From a virus: a stretch of 45,204 nucleotides of DNA. The DNA is taken from positions 1 through 45,204 of the IMG/VR virus record IMGVR_UViG_3300009702_000036. One strand, 5' to 3'. A model generated the notes under the pieces. It saw only the letters and a list, made by a program, of their open reading frames with translations. It had not been told where the DNA came from and made no database searches. The translations under genes were made by a program, and so were the position numbers. Shown piece after piece: positions 15,961 through 22,644 of the stretch. Each line of letters begins with the position of its first letter. Within the stretch, counting starts at the first letter, position 1.

Positions 15961-15991
15961 AGTTATCAACTTATCAACTAAGTTATCAACT
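15961..15991 (+). promoter_or_regulatory. three phased copies of palindromic motif AGTTATCAACT (operator-like)
   Basis: agttatcaact at 15961 and 15981, cttatcaact at 15970; 10-bp spacing; same core (TTATCAAC) recurs upstream of other genes. Confidence 0.6.
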
Positions 15992-16076
15992 ATTCATTGT
16001 TGCTTTTTTAAAGGATACGAGGTTTAATTATATCGATTATGGGAAAGCACTATGTCAAACTCTCTTACTAGAATAT

Positions 16077-16153
16077 ACTGTCCACATCATAGTGGGTCTT
16101 TATTGTACCCAGGATTAGTGCTCCTCTCAGCTATGATGTGGACAGTGTTTTTT
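16077..16153 (+). terminator. large hairpin plus T-tract immediately upstream of the replication operon (terminator/attenuator or sRNA 3' end)
   Basis: Perfect 16-bp inverted repeat actgtccacatcatag (16077-92) / ctatgatgtggacagt (16131-46), inner hairpin tgggt..accca, then GTTTTTT; ATG at 16159. Confidence 0.6.
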
Positions 16154-16158
16154 AGTAT

Positions 16159-16428
16159 ATGAAGGAACCAGTACAAAACTACAGATACATTGTTGGAGAA
16201 AATGCAGAAGTACAATCTGTATATCTTGCACTTTTAGCTAAGTGTGATGATGATATGGTTGTGGTTAGACCAACATTATCGATTGCATCTGACTGTGGTG
16301 TCATAGACAAAGAAAGTGGTTTGTTTGGAGTTGACTATCCTACAATAGAAGAGTCGATGAACAGACTAAAAGACCTTGGTCTTATAGAGCAGATTGATGA
16401 CACTAAAATAAAATTAACAGTCAAGTAA
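16159..16428 (+). CDS. hypothetical protein, possibly winged-helix
   Basis: 89-aa ORF; C-terminal LKDLGLIEQIDDTKIKL; first gene of the replication operon. Confidence 0.55.
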   Translation: MKEPVQNYRYIVGENAEVQSVYLALLAKCDDDMVVVRPTLSIASDCGVIDKESGLFGVDYPTIEESMNRLKDLGLIEQIDDTKIKLTVK

Positions 16429-16429
16429 T

Positions 16430-17308
16430 ATGTCAACCATAAGACAACTTGATACAAAGATTTGGGATGATAGCTACATATCAAAACTCAACTCAATTGA
16501 GACTCTCATTTTCATATATCTTCTCCAAAACCAGAACACATCATGGTGTGGCATTTATGAAATACAGACATGGAAAATTGCAGCTCACACAAAGTGCAGT
16601 GCTGAGTTTGTAGACAAAACTTTACAACGATTTGAGGATGATGGAAAGGCCAAATATGATGATGGATGGATCGTCATAAAGAACTTTTTGAAGTACAAAC
16701 AGTCTGATCTTAGCATACCAAATGTTCGTGTTGCTGTTGAAAATGCATTGAAAAGTGCACCTCAGCATCTCGTTGATTGGATGGACTGGAGTTGGTTAGA
16801 TGAAGATGGAGGAAAGGAACAAGTAAAGCAATATTTTAAGGGTTATCTAAGGGTTAACAAAGGGTTAGGTAAGGGTTTGGTAAGGGTTCGGGCCTCTACC
16901 TCTACCTCTACCTCTACCTTTACCTCTACCTCTACTACTAACGTAAATGCAGAAAAATCTGCAATTTCAAAGAAGACGAAAAAGAAGAGGAGACGAGAGT
17001 CTGTGGTTGACTCCTCTTCACCAGATGAATCGTTCGATGTAGATGAGTGGCTGAAGTTGCTCACCACAGATGGGAAGCGTCACATTCGTGTCATTGGAGT
17101 TTTTCTTATTCGCAAGCGTGAGGAGTATGGCACACCAGATCCAAAAAATAAGAATGAAGCTGAAGTTGTTCTCAAGAGACATTTACGAGCAGCAACACAG
17201 GTGGGTAAATTTGATAATGATGCAATTGAAAATGCTATTGTGAAAGCATTTGAATTTGTTAAAGAAGAAACAACTCTTGATACTGTGTTAAAATATCTAA
17301 CCAAATGA
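16430..17308 (+). CDS. putative replication initiator/organiser (lambda O-like arrangement)
   Basis: 292 aa; its central linker is encoded by DNA iterons; basic KKTKKKRRR patch; ATGA-coupled to the helicase gene. Confidence 0.55.
   Translation: MSTIRQLDTKIWDDSYISKLNSIETLIFIYLLQNQNTSWCGIYEIQTWKIAAHTKCSAEFVDKTLQRFEDDGKAKYDDGWIVIKNFLKYKQSDLSIPNVRVAVENALKSAPQHLVDWMDWSWLDEDGGKEQVKQYFKGYLRVNKGLGKGLVRVRASTSTSTSTFTSTSTTNVNAEKSAISKKTKKKRRRESVVDSSSPDESFDVDEWLKLLTTDGKRHIRVIGVFLIRKREEYGTPDPKNKNEAEVVLKRHLRAATQVGKFDNDAIENAIVKAFEFVKEETTLDTVLKYLTK
16837..16891. repeat. five exact-phase 11-bp iterons (TAAGGGTTnnn), candidate origin of replication
   Basis: AAGGGTT starts at 16838, 16849, 16860, 16871 and 16882 (period exactly 11 bp) inside the initiator gene. 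Confidence 0.7.
16893..16940. repeat. hexanucleotide tandem repeat (CCTCTA)x~8
   Basis: cctcta repeated from 16893, encoding STSTSTSTFTSTSTT, immediately after the iterons. Confidence 0.85.
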
Positions 17309-18222
17309 GTATGCACGATTCAGAACTAGATTCGATTGAAGCAACCATCCAGTCTCTGCAGAATGAGATAGTGGAAACAATTGATGATTCAGGAAAGCAA
17401 GAGAAGCTGGACAGATTAGCAGAGATAGCTAAGACCTATGCTGGTGAGGACAAAGTGGTTCCGAGTACAGCCATTCTGGAAAGAATGAAAAATGCTCCAC
17501 CAGAGAAATCTTATATGAGTGGCATAAAAGCTATGGATGATATCCTTGGTGGATTTAGAGAGAAGCAACTTGTTGTTATATCTGCTGCTACTAAGAGTGG
17601 TAAGACATCATTGTGTATGTATCTCACGGAGAAGATGGATGCTGAGAGAGTTCTTTGGTTGCCATTTGAGGAGTGTGCTGATGAGCTGTTGCAGAAGTAC
17701 ATTGACAGAGATGTTGAACCTCCATTGTTCTGGACTCCGAATGTGATGAAAGGAGATAGATTGGAGTGGGTTGAGAAAAAAATAATTGAAGGCAGAGCAA
17801 AGTTTGATACTCGAATTGTATTCATAGACCATCTTCATTTCATTGTACCGATGAACACAGACAGACTTGATATCAGAATCGGACAAGCTATGCGTGAGTT
17901 GAAGAGGATGGCAAAGCAATGGAATGTTATCATCTTCATAATTGCTCACATGAAGCAACCGAGAATGACAGAACAGCCGATGGTTGAAGACATTCGTGAT
18001 AGCTCATTCATTGCACAGGAAGCTGATACAGTCCTGCTCCTGTGGAGAAAAACTCTGAAGAAGAAAGGACAGGTCGAAATTACTAACAATGTAAATATTT
18101 CAATCCAAGCAAACAGACGTACTGGTAAGACAGGTAATGTGAGACTTGTCTTTAGTAATGGAAAGTTCTTGGAGGAAGAGTGGCAACATGAAGAGAAAAA
18201 CTATCCAACTGCTGAATGGTAA
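17305..18222 (+). CDS. DnaB-like replicative helicase (RecA-fold C-terminal domain only)
   Basis: 305 aa; Walker A ISAATKSGKTSLCMYL, Walker B VFIDHLHF; no DnaB N-terminal or primase domain visible. Confidence 0.8.
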   Translation: MSMHDSELDSIEATIQSLQNEIVETIDDSGKQEKLDRLAEIAKTYAGEDKVVPSTAILERMKNAPPEKSYMSGIKAMDDILGGFREKQLVVISAATKSGKTSLCMYLTEKMDAERVLWLPFEECADELLQKYIDRDVEPPLFWTPNVMKGDRLEWVEKKIIEGRAKFDTRIVFIDHLHFIVPMNTDRLDIRIGQAMRELKRMAKQWNVIIFIIAHMKQPRMTEQPMVEDIRDSSFIAQEADTVLLLWRKTLKKKGQVEITNNVNISIQANRRTGKTGNVRLVFSNGKFLEEEWQHEEKNYPTAEW

Positions 18223-18409
18223 TGTTGTTGAATATGATCGATCATACTATCTTGATTTAAGAGCAAATGAATTGTCTACTGCACTTTGGATGATGAAAGC
18301 ATACAAGAGAAATCTTCATATGACAGGATACAAGGAGTGTGCAAATATGTGTTTAAACATGGCTAAAATTTACCAGATAAAAGCAAATGAAGTTGAAACT
18401 GTGTTCTAG
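18188..18409 (+). CDS. hypothetical protein
   Basis: Internal ATG 18188 (MKRKTIQLLNG...) reduces overlap with the helicase gene; 73 aa. Confidence 0.45.
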   Translation: MKRKTIQLLNGNVVEYDRSYYLDLRANELSTALWMMKAYKRNLHMTGYKECANMCLNMAKIYQIKANEVETVF

Positions 18410-18479
18410 TTGAATAAAACACTTTCCAAAAATGCAGAAACGAGGTTTAATAAAGATATTAATTTAATCTATCATCATC

Positions 18480-18818
18480 ATGAGTACAGGATTGAGAATG
18501 ACACAAGCGCAAGAAACTGCAGTTTGTGAAACATACAAGTCTGAAGGACGAGCAGCAGCGCTTGGAGTTATGCAAGCTTTTTTTAATCATACCAAAGCTG
18601 AGTCATTACAATACGATTATGCTCTTGATGGTGTGCTGGCATCTCATAAGCTCATAAAGGAAGTGGAAGAGGAGAAGACAGATGAAGTTAAGACAGTAAA
18701 GGAATTGAAAGCTGAGTTGAAAGAACTTGAGAAGAGTTTGAAAGCTGCAGAGAAGAAAGAAGCAAAAGAAAAAGAAGACAAAAAGAAAAAAGCTGAAGCA
18801 AAGAAGACTGCCAAGTAG
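18480..18818 (+). CDS. hypothetical protein with Lys/Glu-rich C-terminal tail
   Basis: 112-aa ORF; tail KELEKSLKAAEKKEAKEKEDKKKKAEAKKTAK. Confidence 0.6.
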   Translation: MSTGLRMTQAQETAVCETYKSEGRAAALGVMQAFFNHTKAESLQYDYALDGVLASHKLIKEVEEEKTDEVKTVKELKAELKELEKSLKAAEKKEAKEKEDKKKKAEAKKTAK

Positions 18819-18844
18819 TGTTAGCAGTCTTGATTCTATGAAAT

Positions 18845-19312
18845 ATGAATCAACCTACAGGACAAAATAAAAAATTAACAGGACGAGGTGGAGCAGGTCG
18901 TGGTCAAGGTCGTAAGAAAGGTAAGAAAGAACCAAAAACTCTTGAGAAGGAAAAGGAACTTGAGCGCATTCGTCAGATTGTTTACAAGAACACTGACAAG
19001 TTGATGAGTGCAAAGATGAGTTTGGCTCTTGGAACAAGAGTTCTGATGAGACGAAAGTGGAATGACAAGTTGAATAGGTATGAACGAGCAGAGCAAGTAG
19101 CAGATGAGAAAGAGATCGCATGTGTCATTTCAGAGATAAATGGACCAGAAGGAAGTTTAGATGAAGGAGATTACTACTTCTGGATTGAAGCGCAAAGACC
19201 AGAAGGTCGTGATATTGATAATATTTGGGACAGAGCATTTGGCAAACCTCCACAGTCAATCGACTTGGGCAATAAAGATGACAAACCATTCCTTATCAGG
19301 ATAGATACATAA
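18845..19312 (+). CDS. hypothetical protein with basic Gly/Arg N-terminus (possible DNA-binding or small terminase; unproven)
   Basis: 155 aa; GRGGAGRGQGRKKGKK N-terminus; located upstream of the packaging genes. Confidence 0.5.
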   Translation: MNQPTGQNKKLTGRGGAGRGQGRKKGKKEPKTLEKEKELERIRQIVYKNTDKLMSAKMSLALGTRVLMRRKWNDKLNRYERAEQVADEKEIACVISEINGPEGSLDEGDYYFWIEAQRPEGRDIDNIWDRAFGKPPQSIDLGNKDDKPFLIRIDT

Positions 19313-19316
19313 TACC

Positions 19317-19568
19317 ATGACACCATTCAAGAAGATATCAAATCAAATGCGAGGTGGAGTATTCAAGACAACACAAGCAGCAATGAAGACTCCTATGAGG
19401 CAAGTTAGCAAGTCTCAAGTGAGTCGTGTAGGAACAGAGACAAACAGAGCAAAGACGATGCTTGGACGTGCTAAGAATCGAGTAGCAAAAATACAGAACA
19501 GAGTGCAGAAAAGATTCAGCCGATATGGCATGCAACGAAAACTTAATCGAGTCAAGTTTGGAGAGTAA
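19317..19568 (+). CDS. small very basic protein
   Basis: 83-aa ORF rich in Lys/Arg (RAKTMLGRAKNRVAKIQNRVQKRF). Confidence 0.55.
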   Translation: MTPFKKISNQMRGGVFKTTQAAMKTPMRQVSKSQVSRVGTETNRAKTMLGRAKNRVAKIQNRVQKRFSRYGMQRKLNRVKFGE

Positions 19569-19569
19569 C

Positions 19570-20886
19570 ATGGCGACACAGTTGTTCAAAACGAAGACAT
19601 CAACACAGCAATCTATCTTGCCAAATGATGGTATCAAAGTGCCAACACTAGCAGAACGTATTGCTTCAGCAATGATGACTGGTGTGAGAACAATTGCTGG
19701 TAGCAAACCAGTAGCAGCTTTGGAGAAGATGGGACAATCGATCAATAGAGGATATGCAGCAACAGTGCCTCTCGTAACATTGGGAACAGCAAAACCCATT
19801 ACTCCAACAACTTCCTATGAGAAGCAGGTGTATGGTGACACTGGTGGCAAGCCATTGACATTCCAAAGGTCTGGAGCTGAGTTCTTTGGCAATGAGAATA
19901 AACCAAGAAGTACCATGAGCTTGGCAGAGAGGATTGGCTATCCTGCTCTTGGATTTGCTGGTGTCGCTGCTGACTTGACTCCTGGTGGTAAGAGTGTAAA
20001 GAGTATAAAGCGACTGTTCCATGGTACCACTGTCGGAGCATGGAAGAATATGTTGAAGAAGGGAATAAGATCTGGTGAAGTTCTTATGACTTCTGATTTT
20101 AAGAAGGCAAGTTCTTTTGCTGGCAAGTGGGCTGATTGGGGAGACAAGACTCCTGCAATACTTGAATTCAAACCATCTGTTAACAAAGGATTGAAAGAAG
20201 TATCACTAAAGAATGGAGTTGTGGATAGGTTTATGAATCCAAAGCTGTCTGTTAAAGATGTTGCACGAGTGCTTGATGATAAAGGTAATGTTATCTATGA
20301 TGCAACCAAACCATCCAAGAATGCTGGTAAAGTAAGAACAGGAGCATTGACAACAGCAGCAGGAACAACAGCAGGAGGAGTTGCACTTGAGCATGCATTG
20401 ACAAAAGCAAACTCAGTAGAGTACAAAGCTCCAGAGAACAAACGTAAGTCAAGTAACAAGTTGTTCAAGTCACCATTGATCAAATTGAAAAACGATGCAG
20501 AGTCAATCAAGAAGTACATTGCATATAACGAGAGCAGAGGAGAGAAGCATCCATATACATTCAGCAGACCATCAGGTAGCAAAGAACTTGGCAAAGCTCT
20601 TGGCAAGTATCAAGTAACAGAAGGTGAGCTAAAAAGCTATGCTCAAAGATATATTGGCAAAGCAGTAACACCACAAGAGTTTCTCAGATCTCCAAAGTTG
20701 CAAGAGCAGTACATGCTTGCAAAGATAATGAGATTTATGCTTCTTGGATACAAGCCAGAAGAAATTGCAGACATACATCGTTCTGGATTTACAACTGCAG
20801 GAGAGCCAGGAGAAGGAAAGATTCGTAACAAAGGATATACCAAGTCGTTTCTGAATGTAAAGAACTTCATGGAGCATGTCAAGTAA
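19570..20886 (+). CDS. multidomain virion-associated protein: ART-fold-like central region plus C-terminal SLT/lysozyme-like domain
   Basis: ATG 19570 lies right after the upstream stop. LFHGTTVGAWKNMLKKGI..VLMTSDF is ART-like (weak). YNESRGE...GKALGKYQV has the transglycosylase E-S ... G-x-x-Q pattern. Confidence 0.5.
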   Translation: MATQLFKTKTSTQQSILPNDGIKVPTLAERIASAMMTGVRTIAGSKPVAALEKMGQSINRGYAATVPLVTLGTAKPITPTTSYEKQVYGDTGGKPLTFQRSGAEFFGNENKPRSTMSLAERIGYPALGFAGVAADLTPGGKSVKSIKRLFHGTTVGAWKNMLKKGIRSGEVLMTSDFKKASSFAGKWADWGDKTPAILEFKPSVNKGLKEVSLKNGVVDRFMNPKLSVKDVARVLDDKGNVIYDATKPSKNAGKVRTGALTTAAGTTAGGVALEHALTKANSVEYKAPENKRKSSNKLFKSPLIKLKNDAESIKKYIAYNESRGEKHPYTFSRPSGSKELGKALGKYQVTEGELKSYAQRYIGKAVTPQEFLRSPKLQEQYMLAKIMRFMLLGYKPEEIADIHRSGFTTAGEPGEGKIRNKGYTKSFLNVKNFMEHVK

Positions 20887-22336
20887 AGAGTATCAAGAGA
20901 TATGTTGGTCAACACTAACACACTTCAATGACAAACAACTGGAAGCAGAGCAGGCAGTCAAAACATTTAAGTATATTTTGTATGGAGGAGCTATGGGTGG
21001 TGGGAAGTCCTATTGGCTCAGATGGATGGCAGTAAAGTTACTTCTACAGTTCTTTCAAAAATACAATCTCAAAGGTGTGAGGGTAGGACTCTTTTGCGAG
21101 GACTTTCCCAGCCTGAATGATCGTCATATCAGCAAAATGAATTATGAGTTGCCAGTGTGGCTTGGTCAACTTAACAAAGGTGATAAAGAGTATGTGTTGA
21201 GACCAGAGTATGGAAGTGGTGTGATTGCTCTGAGGAATCTGGATGATCCTAGTAAGTATGCATCAAGTGAGTTTGCTTCTATCCTTGTTGATGAGTTGAC
21301 TCGTGACAGACAAGAGGTATTCAACTTTTTAAGAACAAGAATGCGTTGGCCTGGAATATCAGATACCAAGTTTCTTTCTGGAACAAACCCAGGAGGAATT
21401 GGACATGCATGGGTGAAGAAAATATTTATCGACAGAGAGTTTGAATCGACTGAGAAAGAACAGGACAAATTCAAGTACATTATTGCTACAGCATACGACA
21501 ACAGAGCAAATCTGCCAGAAACATACTTTGACCAGCTCCAAGGACTTCCAGATGAGATGAGACGAGCATACTTGGAAGGTGACTGGAACTTGTTTGAAGG
21601 ACAGTACTTCAGTGAATGGCGTGACCATGTGCATGTTGTCTCTCCATTTCCAGTGCCAAAAACATGGAGACGATTTGGAGCATACGACCATGGACGTGCC
21701 AAACCAGCTTGTTTCAAGTGGTATGCAATAGACTATGATGGCAATGTCTGGGTGTATAGAGAATTGTATGTTAATCAGGAGGATGGTTCTCCTCGTTGGG
21801 AAGCAAACCAGATAGCATCAGAAGTAACTCGCATTACAAAAGAAGCAAATGAAGTGCTTGAGTATGTAGTTGTTGACTCTGCTATCTTCACTCGTACTGG
21901 AACTGATAAGAGCATAGCAGAGATATTCAAAGATAATGGAGTTGGTAATAGTACATCGATTCCTGTTATGATTCCTAGTGATAAGAGTGGAACATCACAG
22001 AAACAAGGACGACTGCATGGTTGGACTATCATGCATCAGTATCTCTTTCATGATGAACATACACTACCAAAGATTCGGTACTTCAGTACATGTGTAGACT
22101 CGATCAGAACAATACCATCACTTGTATACAATCCAATTGGAAAGGGTAATCCAGAGGACTTGGATTCTGATGGTGAAGACCATGCTGCTGATGTTGACAG
22201 ATACTTCTTACGAACACTTAATGATGATAAAGCTGATAAACCACCAACTCGTGAAGAAATAAAACAAAGAGAGTTTCAAAAGAAAATCGGAGTATTTAAT
22301 AGCGATCTTGTAGGATTACAAAGATTTAATGTTTAA
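20876..22336 (+). CDS. terL: terminase large subunit
   Basis: 486 aa; Walker A YGGAMGGGKSYW, Walker B ASILVDELTRD; C-terminal nuclease-type half. Confidence 0.9.
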   Translation: MSSKEYQEICWSTLTHFNDKQLEAEQAVKTFKYILYGGAMGGGKSYWLRWMAVKLLLQFFQKYNLKGVRVGLFCEDFPSLNDRHISKMNYELPVWLGQLNKGDKEYVLRPEYGSGVIALRNLDDPSKYASSEFASILVDELTRDRQEVFNFLRTRMRWPGISDTKFLSGTNPGGIGHAWVKKIFIDREFESTEKEQDKFKYIIATAYDNRANLPETYFDQLQGLPDEMRRAYLEGDWNLFEGQYFSEWRDHVHVVSPFPVPKTWRRFGAYDHGRAKPACFKWYAIDYDGNVWVYRELYVNQEDGSPRWEANQIASEVTRITKEANEVLEYVVVDSAIFTRTGTDKSIAEIFKDNGVGNSTSIPVMIPSDKSGTSQKQGRLHGWTIMHQYLFHDEHTLPKIRYFSTCVDSIRTIPSLVYNPIGKGNPEDLDSDGEDHAADVDRYFLRTLNDDKADKPPTREEIKQREFQKKIGVFNSDLVGLQRFNV

Positions 22337-22342
22337 CTAACT

Positions 22343-22639
22343 ATGGACATCAAACTACACAATGGCAATATAATGGTAAAGGTTGAGGATATAACAGAAG
22401 ATGAGAAGACAACAGCATCAGGTATCATCATACCAGAAGAAAAGATGGAAGAGGATCAAGTAGCAAAAGGAACAGTTATTGAAGTATGTGAAGAACTTGC
22501 AGATAGATATAAGAAAGGAGATGGTATATTCTTCCATAAATTCAATCCAACTGATGTTCATATGAAGTATGATAGTGATGAGCTTGAGGAGTTTTGGTTT
22601 GTAAAGAACACTGATGTTATTTGCACATTTAATAAATAA
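22343..22639 (+). CDS. GroES-like co-chaperonin (Cpn10 family)
   Basis: 98 aa; aligns by eye to GroES: L.N..I+VK..E.EEKTASGIIIP...(mobile-loop region)..AKGTVIEV...YKKGD.IFF. Confidence 0.6.
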   Translation: MDIKLHNGNIMVKVEDITEDEKTTASGIIIPEEKMEEDQVAKGTVIEVCEELADRYKKGDGIFFHKFNPTDVHMKYDSDELEEFWFVKNTDVICTFNK

Positions 22640-22644
22640 ACAAT

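Noticed and set aside
15077-16118. Track ORFs 15077..15268(-) and 15936..16118(+)
   Set aside because: Both lie in AT-rich regulatory gaps containing promoter-like boxes, operator repeats and a terminator hairpin. Their translations are hydrophobic and low-complexity, with no start context.
13780-16940. Regularly spaced short repeats that could be mistaken for CRISPR arrays (57-bp repeats at 13841-13954; 11-bp and 6-bp repeats at 16837-16940)
   Set aside because: The repeats are directly tandem with no unique spacers, lie inside ORFs, and no cas genes are present.
19338-21717. Long antisense ORFs opposite late genes (19338..19799, 19666..20022, 21166..21717, 21359..21691)
   Set aside because: They are fully embedded antisense to ORFs with strong motif support (terL Walker motifs, SLT motif), with no independent signals.
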